A stretch of DNA of 47,577 bases from Catajapyx aquilonaris (Eukaryota): positions 1 through 47,577 of the forward strand of contig KZ538796.1 of the NCBI GenBank assembly GCA_000934665.2. The letters are read 5' to 3'. Below the pieces are notes generated by a model that was given only the letters and a program-made list of their open reading frames with translations, did no database searches and was not told where the DNA came from. Numbering within the stretch: the first letter of the stretch is position 1; each line of letters starts with the position of its first letter. Shown one piece after another: positions 12,690 to 25,046 of this stretch. The translations under genes and the position numbers were made by a program.

Positions 12690-12990
12690 CCCGTTCTTCG
12701 CACGGGAATTGACCGGTCTATTACCATGGCACCACTGATATTGTTGAATGCCATTGTTGCCATGGTATTGTGTTGACATTACTATGGAAACAATTAATCA
12801 GAAACAGTCAATCACTGTTGATGTCATAGAAACCCTGTTATGCTATAACTATTATGGTAGCTACGGTAACCCCGTTGACGTGGTAACCCATTACCATGGC
12901 AACTGGTTTCCATAGCAACTGTTGCCATGTCAACGGGTTACTAGGTTGCTATGGCTACGTGTTACAGTTGCCATGGTAACCGGTTGCAAC
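12690..12990. repeat. Cluster of GTTGCCATGGCAAC-like palindromes next to a Helitron-like hairpin
   Basis: About 10 variants, e.g. gttgccatggtaac 12967-12980, gtttccatagcaac, gttgccatgtcaac, gttgctatggctac; hairpin cccgttcttcgcacggg at 12690-12706. Confidence 0.75.
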
Positions 12991-13051
12991 AGTGACCTTT
13001 ACCTCCAAGAGAAGTGAAAATCATTCGCTGAAGTAATTTTTACATTGCCGT

Positions 13052-13396
13052 TATTATGCGATTCACGGGTCCTGGCCTGTTAGGCTCCTCCCCCGTCCTC
13101 CGCCCTCTGAAGACGAGGTTGCCACGTCCGTGTCCGCGTCCGCCATGGCCTCACACGCCTGCCAGGAGGATGGGGGAGAGCACTTGGCNNNNNNNNNNNN
13201 NNNNNNNNNNNNGGGGGGGGGGGACAACCAGGCCTGGAAATACGACGAACCACCTATCCCTTGTTGAGATCGAACCCCGCACCAATGGCCCCTACTCGCG
13301 AGAATCACGAGCATTCCAGGCCTGATTTCTTCCGCCGCTGACGTTGGGAGGAGGTGGGTGGAGCCTAACAGGCCAGGACTCGTGAATCGCATAATA
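13052..13396. mobile_element. MITE with 37-bp TIRs and GC-rich interior (contains an N gap)
   Basis: tattatgcgattcacgggtcctggcctgttaggctcc versus ggagcctaacaggccaggactcgtgaatcgcataata (1 mismatch); superfamily unassigned. Confidence 0.88.
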
Positions 13397-14119
13397 CAAC
13401 GAATGCACGTTAATTTTACAAGTATCCTGTTCATAAGGCGCAAAGTAAGACCCTTGACCTACAAGAAAAGTGTATCCTCTTTCCACATACATTTTTTCCC
13501 CTATAACTCCATGAGGCATGCTGATCCAAGTAATAGTATGTGACCTATTGCCAGCCAAACCATATAATTCCAGGGGTAGTTAGGATCAATTCCAGCCACG
13601 TTACCTGCTCCAAAAAACTTGTGGGGTCAGCTTCGAAGCCAGAATACCCGATAATTGACTTGAAAACCAATACTCAGCTTACAGTTCAGATCAAATAAAC
13701 GTTTTTCTATCAGGATTTTGTGGTGAATCTAGAATCTTGCTGAGCCCCCCCCCCTCTCTCTCTCTCTGAAAAAAAAAATCTCAGTACCTTGGTGCCCAAA
13801 TGTGACCTCCATGGCTACAGGAAATGGCCATCAAGATATTGCAGCTTTTTTTTACCCATGGATGCAATCGTTAACGGAAATTCCATCGTCTGTAAAATGT
13901 TTATGGCTGCCACGACCCAAGTTTTCCAACTCTCTGTTGACGTAATGAAACTCAGATATATGGGAGCCCTTCAGTGTTTTTAAAGCTACTCTGGACCAAA
14001 ATGATGCTCGTCTCAGCCTCTAGGAAAAAATAGTTAAAGCTGACGAACTATTTTTGACGCTAACTGTAATTGGTTTACTTCTACTAAAATTCATATTAGT
14101 GTGAAATCTGTTCAATTGG

Positions 14120-15140
14120 TCACCTGATGTTGGACATAACTTTTGGAACCGTCAAAAAGCATATTCCTTGTAATGTTGGTTTGTTTTTGTTTTGTTTTTA
14201 TACCCCATTGCGGCGTTCCATTAGGGGGTTGGAATACCACCATTGGATGTGGTCAAGGATAGGGAAGGAAGGAAGCGGCTGTAGCCTATTATACGGAAGC
14301 GATCCCGGAATTATCCCTGGGGGACCGTGGAAAACCCCAGAAAACCACGGTCAGGGTCGCCGGCCCTGGGATTCGAACCCAGGACCTTCCGATTAGCAGT
14401 CTGGCTCCTTAACCCCTACACCAACCTGCTTTAGTTATTCCTTGTAATGTTGCTAAGTTGGACACCTCTCTGTTGTAAGTTGGGCACTTTTCCCCCATTT
14501 TAAGTTGGACAAGTGAAGTACTTACTCGTACATTACTGTACTTCACTATGAAATCAGATATATTGAAATCCTACTATGTTTGACACTTCCCTATGTTGGA
14601 CATTATTTTTGCAACTGTCAAAATGACTATATCCCCTGTAATGTTGCTAAGTGGGACACCTATCTCTTAAAGTTGGACAACTGCAGTACTTACTCGTACA
14701 TTACTGTACTGTACTATGTCTATGAAACCCGACATATTGATATCATTATGTTGGACATTTTCCTTGGAACCGTTAGTGCCCAACATAGACAAGTTTTACT
14801 GTTAAGTTGGACACCTTAATAAGTTGGCCACCTCCCTATAATAATACAGTGGACATTATTTCTGGAACTATCAAAAAGCCTATCCCCTGTGATGTTTGCT
14901 AAGTTGGACACCGGTATCTTGGAAGTTGGATACTCTTTTCCCTGTTAAGTTGGACAAGTGCAGTGCTTATACTCCTACATCTGTACTGAACTTGTCCAAC
15001 TTAAGATGAAAAGATAGAGAAGTGTTCCAAAAATAATGTGCAACATAGGGAGGTGTCCAACGTATTAAGGTGTCCAACTTAGCAGTAAAACCTGTCTATG
15101 TTGGACAGTGACAGTTACAACATACACAGGTTTTACTGTA
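14120..15140. repeat. Pogo/Tigger-like MITE-derived repeat array rich in aagttggacac
   Basis: Repeated gttggacattatttttggaac / taatgttgctaagttggacacc units, inverted at ~14990-15080; cagtaaaacctgt...caggttttactgta termini at 15084-15140 match the 31660 MITE. Confidence 0.75.
14179..14435 (-). mobile_element. tRNA-derived SINE family 1, second copy
   Basis: Reverse-complement homolog of 2630-2893 with T-rich tail at left. 17-bp TSD tattccttgtaatgttg at 14162-14178 and 14436-14452. Confidence 0.92.
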
Positions 15141-15837
15141 TTTTTCCAGCTGACTAGCAGTTTGTGAATCCCCATATTTGCTCTAAAGAAAAGTATATCC
15201 AAAACTTTTGGAGACGCGTCTTCTTTTTTTCTTCCTTAGTTAAAGGTAATGAACGAGCTTTTAATGTAGAGCAGTGCATTAAGGCTCGCTTCTTCAAAAG
15301 AAGTATCGAAGAAACCGGTTTCTTCTTTCCATCTGGAAGCTTAATATGGATTTATGGACCACTCTTGTGCTCTGGATCTGCATGCTCGGGTCTAATCGGG
15401 GTGACGGGACCATGTTTTTTTTTTTCTCTCTCTCTTTCTCCGCAAATGCGACATCTCTTGGTTTTTTTTGTAACATAGAGGATTGAACTAGAAGCTAGAA
15501 TAGAGATAAAAGAGTAGAGAAAAAATAGAGCGGGACAAGGAAGTTCGAGTTGACGTCTAGTTTCCTTCCAGAGTCACTTAAGAAAATGAGTACCATCAAG
15601 GGGGCGCCTCTGTGGCAAAGTGTGAGTGCTCATCTGTGACGTCAAGTCCTATCTACATTAGCAGGACGTTTGTCACATCTTTTAAGTTAATGGCGAGCAT
15701 GCCTGAAAAGGTTGCCTTCAAGATTTGACGTCAGCTACGATACTTTCTATTTTGATAAAAATGACAAAAATTATTTGACACACACAATATCTCATAACAA
15801 GTGGTAGCCACTAAATTGTGGTAGAGTGGGTCATTAA

Positions 15838-16468
15838 TGAAGTACTGGTGGCGCCACGAGCAAGTGGCGGGAAAAGAACGAATTAAAATTTGACCATCAA
15901 GTGAAAGTAATACGGAGCGCAAATTTATTTTTTTTAATGTAAAACATTAAATTTAAAAATATATATAATGCAAAACATTAAATTTAAAAATATATAAAAT
16001 GTAAAACATTAAATTTAAAAAATATATAAAATGTAAAAAATTAAATTTAAATATATAAAATGTAAAAAATTAAATTTAAATATATAAAATGTAAACACTT
16101 AAATTTAAAAATATATAAAATGTAAAAAATTTATAAATTAATACAATTTGGAATTTTTTAAAAAACGAATCGAAATTTGCCATCGGTATATGACCACCTT
16201 TACGTCTTGATGATCAATGAAGATGGTCATACGGAGGGTAATATTTTCGATTCGTTATTTTTTTAATTAAATAAAATGTTAAAAATTAAAAATTAATATA
16301 CGTTGATTTTTTTAAAAAACTAATCATAATTTGCACTCCGTATGACTACTTTCACTTGATGGGGAAAATTGTGTAAGTCATCGTGGATCAAGTGAAGCTG
16401 GTCATCCGGAGGGCAAATATTAATTCGCTTTTTTAGCTTCCATGGCTCGTGGCGCTACCAGTACACCA
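15838..16468. mobile_element. TTAA-flanked non-autonomous DNA transposon (Kolobok/piggyBac-like)
   Basis: TTAA|tgaagtactggtggcgccacgagc ... gctcgtggcgctaccagtacacca|TTAA; internal ~30-bp AT-rich tandem array at 15935-16140. Confidence 0.8.
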
Positions 16469-17451
16469 TTAATTTCCAGCACTTCGTGTCAGAAGCAATA
16501 TATCACGCTCGTTTAATTCAAAACATGATCGTACCCCCAGATATCCTGTCCATTTTTGCATGTAAATTAAAAGTGTCCCCAAATGGCCTGTGAATCCATT
16601 GCGGAGCTAGTGTCCACTAGGAGCTGTAAAACCCAACCTAGCATAATCCTGACATAAAGTCAAGCCGAGCATAAACATATCGAGTCTTGACGCGCATCCG
16701 CCACTTCCATCTGGTCCGCGTCCAAAAGCTTGGCTGGGTTTCCGCTGGCAAAATGGCAGACGCCAAGCACCCAAGATGAAGAGAAAGAGGTCACGGCTTG
16801 GTGATTAAGCGCGGTTCCAGCCAGTTGGCAGCAGCATATAACCACGACAAGCCCACTTAACGTCCTCCGCTTCCAAAATGTCTTCTTTTTTTTTTTGGTA
16901 GGATGGGTGGTGGTGTTGGGGGGGGGGGGGGGGNGCCATTTTCTTCCAACCCAACTCCCCCTTTTCGCATGCATTAGGCGGAGATATGTACTTCCGGGAC
17001 GAGGTTTTGAAATTCTGGAGGAGACTCGGGGCTAGAGTGTCTGTGTCAACTGACGCTTCCGCCATTTTGGTGGGGACAGAGGTCCAGGATGAATGTGGAT
17101 CTTGTGGGGTGAGCTGGATTGTTAGGTTCATTAGAATGCTTGAAACAATTGGAATTTTGTAGCAAGTTCAGCAAGAATTGATTGCATTAATCCAGATATA
17201 TTTATCGTCCTATACAGATGACCGTGGACTTGACAGTGAGGGGCGGGAACTAGGCCTTTTTTCGGTTATTCTCCCCCTTTTGGACAGTTATTCTTTTAAC
17301 ACTCTGCTTGGACTGACCAGTGACCAGAGGTGTCAATTTGTCGGTCCTAACGAGATGGTCAGGTAATACCTGGACACCACTGACTACCCTCTATGAGAAC
17401 TAATGCCGTGAAGAAATGTAGCCTATGTAGGGATAGGCTATATTCGCCCCC

Positions 17452-17969
17452 TTTTTGACCTTTTCCCTTGCCTTTTCCAGTCAAAAAGTCTGATAGAACT
17501 GCTCTGTCCGTCCGTCCATCCATCGGTGGACAGGTATCAGGGCCTAAAACTCAACAGCTAGCAACAAACGATTTTCAGATTCGGATTCAGCGGGCACTTT
17601 CATGGCTAACATCCGGTGAGCAGCTACTTGCGGTTTTCCGGGTTCACTCTATCCGCCATGGTCAAGTTTGCAGGCGGGTGGCCTTGGATTCCTTGGCAAC
17701 GGGAAATTGTCGGCTTCATTCCTCGCTGTCCAATGAGGAAAAGTATACTCGAATCACGCTCACGTAATTTGGCAATATTGTTTGACCGTTATTATCCCCT
17801 TTTTTGACCGTTATTCTCCCCCTTTGACAGTTATTCTCTCCCTCTGCGGAGCCATGACAACTGACTTGTATTCCTTGGCAACGGAAAATTGTTGTCCGCC
17901 TAATTTCTCGCTGTTCAATGAGAAAAAGTATACTCGAATCACGCTCACGTAATTTGGCAATCTTGTTTG
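17452..17969 (+). mobile_element. HINE/DINE-1-like element with duplicated 3' end
   Basis: aaaaagtctgatagaactgctctgtccgtccgtcc...; 3' gaaaagtatactcgaatcacgctcacgtaatttggcaat ends at ~17783 and is repeated at ~17865-17969. Confidence 0.78.
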
Positions 17970-20056
17970 ACCGTTATTCTGTCCCACAGCTGAGCCATAA
18001 CAACTGAGAACGTTGAAACAGAAAAGGCAAAGATGGGACACTATAGAGTGAGTTCTTAATTTTTCATAAAGAGAAAATGTGTTTAAAAACACGGAAAATG
18101 ATTCAGGTAAATTATATCCTGGTTAAATATAAAATTAAGACTCTTATTTCGCATCAACCATATGGATTTGTGCCCTATGCCAAGTGTCATAGGGCTACTC
18201 AACTTACAGCAAGTACCGTTCCCTTGTTAGTGATGAATCAAAAAAATTAACATTTCTTATGACCGTTGACGTAGATGACCGTAGACCTAGCAGTGAGAAA
18301 CAAAAAAACGGCCATTTTTTTCGTTATTCTCCCCCTTTTTGACCGTTATTCTCTCCCTTAGCGGAGCACTGAATTTAAACATAACTTACAGTAGAATGTA
18401 ACTGTTCCATAGGGTACTTGAAACTCTAAGTATTCGAATCTCGCAACAGATACTTCGGAAACCCTCCATTTCAACAACCCTTTCAGTACCCCCAGCTCAT
18501 CTGGTAAGCCTCCGTTACTTCGCAAGGCAAATGCTCCTCTTCAGGGAAGGGAAAAGTTCAACCCCAACTTGCCAGGATAACATTTCAGACCTCGACTTAC
18601 AAGACTGGGCTCTCAGATTCATCGTTATGTTTAACTAAAAGCACTCCCTTTTAACCTGTCACGTAGCCTGCCATTTGGATAATGCAATTTATGGGAATAC
18701 GGGACCTGAAAGGTGGCAGAATCTGGTTCGTGACTTTTTAGGCTAAGGCAGAGCTTCTTAACAAGTTTGTATAAACACCGTAGACTGAGAAGTGAGGAGC
18801 AAACGGCAGTTTTTTTCCGTTATTCTCCCTCTTTTTAACCGTTATTCTCCCCCTTCAGCGGAACCTTGAAACGGAAAAAAGTTAGAGAAAATGCAAAGGT
18901 ACAAGGGACTGCACTTCTTTTTCTTCATAGATTTTGACAGTTGAGGACGTCGTAAATGTCGGATTCATGTGTCGTTGTTTGCTTATGTCACCAGCACTGA
19001 CAAGATGCCAATCTTCAACTGAGCACGTAGAAAGTTTTAAAAACTGTTGGCGTCTGAGCAATAATTGAAAAAAAATGGTAGTGATTGGCCTAATTTTTTT
19101 TTTTGGCAAAAGTTTGCACACGATGGGCCGAAATGCTTTTCGACAACAAAATTGCCAAGTCGTCTTCTAACGTCTATCATTTCAAAGAAAGAAGACCTTC
19201 CCCGTTGCAATAAAATTCTAGTAATAAGACTGATAGGAAAGTCTTTGCTTAATTATAACACTTCGTCTTTGATAATTATCACTAACGAACGTCTTCCACT
19301 GTTCCTGCGCAATTATCGGCGTTTGCATACCTAAGCACTTTTCAGTTCAGCAAAAATTGCATAGAATTTTTGAGCAACTAGATTGCAAATGACGGAATAG
19401 CCAAAAAAGTCTGATAACGACGTAGAAAGATTACTGTAATATAACTATAATTAAACACGGTATATGAACATATTTAACTGTTTGAATTTGTAACTTTGAT
19501 ACATTTCCACATTGTTATTCCTCACACGCATATCAGGTTTCAAATTAGCAACGATGCGGAAAACTTCATGCAAATTAAAACTACACAAAACTCGTTCCGA
19601 ATCACAATTGTTAGTTTAATGCAATACAATTATCAGGTCTTTTCACTACCAAATTAAAATTAAAATCCTGTAGTTTGGGTGAAAAGTTAGTTCATGGCTT
19701 AATTAGTCTATAGACTTGATGTAGTAGAAAAGTTTCGCCTTTTTCTCATTCGCTTCCGAGGTACCGTACGGTAATAAAAGCAAGCGTTAACTAACCTTTG
19801 TTATCACTGTCGAGCGTGTTTCTAAAAGTTCAATTGAATCACTGGCAATCTAGGTTACTAAAGTTCGATATACTCTGAATTTTAAGGATTCATTTTAAGG
19901 TTCTCGCATAAAATGCTCATTAGCAAAAGTATTATTAAAAATTTCATGTTGCTTATAAATCATGTGCGGCAACATAAAGTAAATGAGTAACATATACTGA
20001 TATACAAAATGGAATAATATGAGCATGAAGTACTTTATGTACTGCAATGACTCATA

Positions 20057-20253
20057 CAGGGTGGACAAACTTCAAGTGTCGTTTTATAACGGCTATTAAT
20101 AGAAGCGCTTAACGATTGACGTAGCAGCGACGTGTAAAATGGCCCACTTCGATGGCGCCGAAGTGGGACATTTTACACGTCGCTGCTATGTCATCGTAAA
20201 ATCACTGCTATTAATCGCCGTTATAAAACGACACTTGAAGTTGGTCCACCCTG
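20057..20253. mobile_element. Tc1/mariner-type MITE, near-complete 197-bp foldback
   Basis: TA|cagggtggacaaacttcaagtgtcgttttataacggc ... gccgttataaaacgacacttgaagttggtccaccctg|TA; arms pair almost to the centre. Confidence 0.93.
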
Positions 20254-20427
20254 TATACAGGCTGACAATATCATACCGTACAATATTCGGAGGGAAAATT
20301 TGACATGGAAAAACTAGTCTTGTAGACAAAGGTTTGTAATTTATGTTGTTTTTAAATAAATGTAAAAATAAAATAAATATAATAATTATTATAATAAACG
20401 CATTTAGTTCGTGAATAATATCAGCAA

Positions 20428-20475
20428 CCTCCTGAGACCTGATGTCCAATATATTGGACATCAGGTCTCAGGAGG
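20428..20475. repeat. Perfect 48-bp palindrome
   Basis: cctcctgagacctgatgtccaata|tattggacatcaggtctcaggagg, no spacer. Confidence 0.95.
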
Positions 20476-21889
20476 ATAAACAAACAAATAATTTTAATAA
20501 ATAAATAAAATTAAACAAACAGTGCACTAAGGAATTTATTCATAAGTGACTAACTAACCCCTTGACTTGTACTAATTTATTCAACAAGTAAATAGAATGA
20601 TGTATACAAATTAAATAAATATAATTAAACAAACACATTCATCAATGAACGAACAAACAAACAAATATAAATATATAAATGAACAAACAAACAAACAAAT
20701 ATAAATATATAAATGAACAAACAAACAAATAAAATTTAATAAATTTAATCAACTTTACACGCTTCGATTGTAGCTTCATTGATCATCCAATGTTGTTGGA
20801 TACATCCAACTTTAACACTGCCACCATATATTCATGTTTGCTCCGCTGCTTGTAAACAATACACCCCCCCCCCCATACTTCTTCTGACCATCAACACATG
20901 TTAACAAAAAAACAACAACATTAAAAACAATGTTTTTCACCCCCCCTAAAAACCCCTGCATGCACTTCACTTACCCTTGTCCACGCCATATATCAGCATG
21001 ATGAATCGCCACCTAATGCTAGATATTGCAAGAATTTGACACCAAATGAAAGAGTGTGCTCGCATTACCTACGAGCATTTGGTCACGGTGTCTAGGACCT
21101 CGGAAAAGTGATGATGGAAAACAGCAGCAGGCCTTGGCTTTTGCCACTCTTTCGTGATGGATGATCCTTAAGCTGCAGGCGTTTAAAATTCTCTGCGACG
21201 CTTCCACCACTGGGCTTGTAGGCTCGTGGATCTTCCTACTAGACGTAGAAAAATTGTCCAAATTTTTTTTCCCCTCGACCAAAATTGCAAAAAAATGTAA
21301 TGAATTCGGTGGGAACTTCCCTAGCAATCTGTGTCTTGCTGACTCATCACTAGAGGGGGTGCCTTGATTGAATTTGCCACACGCACAAGATGCTGATGAA
21401 GTTCCTTTCGACACCCCTCCAAAAAAACAGTGTTTGAGGAGCGTCTAGAACCGGTTCCGTAACTAGATCTTTTGTCCAGTAGGTCTGATCGATATCATCC
21501 TTACGTTTTTTGTGTGTGGAGGGGATTCATAAGGCTGACGCCATTTTTCTGCCGTTCTCAACATAGAACGGATAGTCGAACTCTTCCTTTTCAATCTGAA
21601 CTTTGAATAGAACATGAACCCTTCAGAACTAGAGGAATGAAAAGAATTGGCCCAAGCCCACTGACCGGACCGCTATTTTTTGGAGCGTGGTCCAATTTCA
21701 TCAATACACACAGCTATCGATTTGGGATGATGCTAGATGCTGCATTGGATGTACGTAAGCAGCAAAGCAAATAACTATGAGGAAAGGTACATGATATACG
21801 TGAGGCAGAAAATGCGATTAAAAAAGCCAAAATCCAGCTCTATGCAACACTTCAAATATTGCTTATCCTTGTGGTTGTCTATTTTTAGA

Positions 21890-22810
21890 AATTTGAATAT
21901 TTTTATTTTCTATTTATTTTAAATTTGTATTTTATTTCCATTCTTATTTATTTTATTAGATTGCATTTTTGTTTGTTTATTTATTTCACTTTTAATTAAT
22001 TCAGTAAGCCCATGACAAACGGTATGCGTAAATCGAATTTTACGTAAGTCGGAGTCTGCCTTATTTTTTGCTCAATTTTACTGTGGAAGTCCTTATGGCT
22101 GTCTATTCTTAAAATTTTTTAATTAAAATTAAAATTAAAATTTTTCATTCATTTTCATTTGATTTGATTTTATATTTGATTTCATGGTTTATTTTATTTT
22201 TTACTTATTTTTATTTATTTATTTTCCTTGGTTTTATTTTTATTTCATTCGGTTTTTATATTTTATTTTTTACTTATTGTTGTTTATTTATTTTCCTTGT
22301 TTTTATTTTTATTTCATTATTTTGGTTTTTATATTTTATTTCATAGTTATTTTATTTTTTGCTTATTTTTTAAATTAATTTTCCCCGTTTTTACTTTTAT
22401 TTCATTCGGTTTTTATATTTTATTTCATAGTTTATTTTATTTTTTACTTATTTATTATCTATTAATTTCCATTGTTTTTTTTTATTTTTTATTTTACTTA
22501 TTTATTAAATTTCACTGTTTTTAGTTTTATTTTATTTTTTACTTATTTATTAAATTTCATTGCTTTTATTTTTATTTTATTTTTTACTTATTTATTAAAT
22601 TTCATTGTTTTTATTTTTATTTTATTTTTTACTTAGCTATTATTTATTAAATTTCGTTGTTTTTATTTTATTTTATTTTTTACTTAGTTATTATTTATTA
22701 AATTTCGTTTTTTTTATTTTTATTTTATTTTTTACTTAGTTATTATTTATTAAATTTCGTTGTTTTTATTTTTATTTTATTTGTTTTTATATTCTTAGTT
22801 ATTTATTAAC
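21890..22810. repeat. T-rich low-complexity tract with ~44-51-bp tandem units in the distal half
   Basis: tttattttattttttacttagttattatttattaaatttcgttgtt units; the A-rich mirror type occurs at 8615-8740 and 9100-9290. Confidence 0.9.
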
Positions 22811-23679
22811 TTATAATAATTATAAGTCATGTGCTTACTGAAATAATTATTATTTCAGTAAGCACATGACAAACGCTATGCGTAAATAGAATTTTACGTA
22901 ACTTGGAGCCTACAACGTAAGTCGGAGCCTTCAATTTTTACGTAAGTCGGATCCTGCCATAATTTCTGCTCAATTTTACTGTAGAAAACAATACAATCTC
23001 TCCTCGCTCCAAAAAAGAGAGAAACTGGTCTTAAAAAATGAGTGCACTTAACACTCGGCACCATACCAAACCGCGAGCAGCAGAAGGAGTTACGGGCATA
23101 GGAAATTTAGGACCTGGGCCTAGGTTCCTCCCGTTAGCGCATTAAGTCCGCCTATTAATGCGCACTGTGGGCTTCCAGCTGGGCCCTATTAGAAATTATG
23201 GGGTCTACACAGCATCCAATTTAACGGAAACTGGTGGGGGCCTGGCTTTCTAGGCTGGGATTGCTAGACGACGGTTGTGTTACGAGGGTCAGGGTGACCG
23301 GTGGTTTTTGGGAAAGGACCGGTTTTATGTTTGTGGGTCTGGCCTGCACTTGGGGTCGTAAGGATACCAAATTTATGGAAAGGGTTTTAAAATGTAGGTT
23401 CAAAACAAATGGTTGATTCGATCTGGTGTTGGGTGAAAAGTTTGCAAAATTTTGTCGACATTTTTTCTAGAATTACAGTAATGTGGTTAACAAAGTTTTA
23501 TTAGTAATTTGCAGTCTTGCGGTCTCACTGGAAATGCTAATTAACTACGCTGTTCATTAGCAGTCTACTTTTGGTGTACATGCAAATTTTTGTTAATTTT
23601 TGTCAATTTTTAGAAGCATTTAGAAGTTTGACATGTTTGTTTCTGGCAACTGGTCAGTCATTTTATGATGGTTTTGTTT

Positions 23680-24334
23680 GCTCTATAAAAAAAATTCGAG
23701 TGAAAATTTCACTCAAAAAAAGTGCAATTTCGCAAGATGCCATTTTTGAGTGAATGTTCCTTGGTTAATATTTAGTACTTTCAATCAAATCGAGTCATTC
23801 GAGTGTAATATTACTCGAAAGAAGAGTGAAAATAAAAGAGAAACGACTCTTTCAGTGAGTGAAATGATTACTCATTCTGAGTGAAAATCACTCGCGATCG
23901 ACCTGATTTTCATTCAAAAAAGGACCATTCGCAAATTGCTATTTTAGAGTGAATGTTCCTCTGGAAATATTTACTTTCACTCAAATCGAGTCATTCGAGT
24001 GTAATATTACTCGAAAGAAGAGTGAAAATAAACGACAGACGACTCTTTCAGTGAGTGAAATGATTACTCATTCTGACCGAAATGATTATACTCATTCTGT
24101 GTGAAATGATTACTAATTATTTTTGAAATGAGTGCTAATTTCTTTTTGAAATGAGTGCTAATTCTTTGTGAAATGATTAGCCCTACTAATTTTTTGTGAA
24201 ATGATTATTCATTCTGAATGAAAAACACTGTAGATCGACTGATTTTCACTCAAAACGAGTGGGATTCAAATCAAGTGGAAGAAAGAGTGAAAATCACTCA
24301 AACCAGTGAAAAAATACTTAAATTTTTTAGAGTA
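23680..24334. mobile_element. Probable non-autonomous TIR element built of gagtgaaa/tttcactc repeats
   Basis: ctctataaaaaaaatt ... aattttttagagt ends; internal duplication ~23745-23880 versus ~23945-24077. Confidence 0.6.
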
Positions 24335-24852
24335 TGGATTGTTTAAACTTGCAAAAATTATAGTAATGTATTGTTTGTGTGTGGCACACATAATAACGTA
24401 CAAAAAAAAACACTCACAAGACACCAATAAAACTCGAACATTTTTTTTTTCTGACAACTTTTGTCTTTGTTTATATTCTCAAAGTTCTTTTTCTATAAAC
24501 GAATTGACACTAAAGACTCATCAATGTTGTTTTTTTTCTCCCGGAATTACCAAGTTCACACGATACGATTTCCTGGAAAGTGGAATGGATCCAGAAATTT
24601 GAAGTTTGTGATAATTCCTCTGAGCAATAGGCGGGTATCAAAAAGTAGCGACAATCACTAGAACAATCTCTTCCTTCATCTGTTATCCTGCATCACCATA
24701 AAAAACTTTTTTTTTGGGAACACTGGGGGTTTGGGTTCAGAAGGTTTTAGGTTTTTTGGGGGGGTTTGGGTCACAGGAACGTCACAATCACATGGCGTCC
24801 ATCTTGGTAAAACATTTTTCTTTAGCCGGGAAAATCAGTCAGACACAAAGAC

Positions 24853-25046
24853 CTATGAGATGGTTGATACCGTCCTAGATGCAGCTGCAGGTATTGGCAG
24901 TGGAGATCCGTGGTCCACGATGCAAAGCCAGCATCCCATAGATAGGGTGAGCAGAAGGCTGAGCATCCATATTGGAAGTACGGAGAGGGAATGAGGTGGC
25001 AGGGCCAAATTGCGGCCGCCATGTTGCATCGCCGCAGGGTTTTCTC
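24853..25046 (-). CDS. Dpr-like terminal coding exon E (membrane anchor, stop)
   Basis: ttcaacag|GA GAA AAC; GENPAAMQHGGRNLALPPHSLSVLPIWMLSLLLTLSMGCWLCIVDHGSPLPIPAAASRTVSTIS*; TAG at 24855-24853. Confidence 0.92.

Noticed and set aside
16660..17131. GC-richer segment with caaaATGGCGG (YY1/Kozak-like) as a gene start
   Set aside because: Short ORFs with no domain or linked exons; the motif alone is insufficient.
18980..19320. Possible decayed coding frame on minus (NSGRRSLVIIIKDEVL*LSKDFP...NFLRAQLKIGILSVL)
   Set aside because: Internal stops and no recognisable transposase or host motif; would need BLASTX support.
22164..22524. Hydrophobic F/I/L/Y-rich ORFs resembling membrane or mitochondrial proteins
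   Set aside because: T-rich low complexity opens all three frames; no NUMT motifs recognised.
23497..23502. AATAAA on minus as the Dpr poly(A) signal
   Set aside because: The hexamer is common in this AT-rich DNA; cannot be assigned without 3'-end data.
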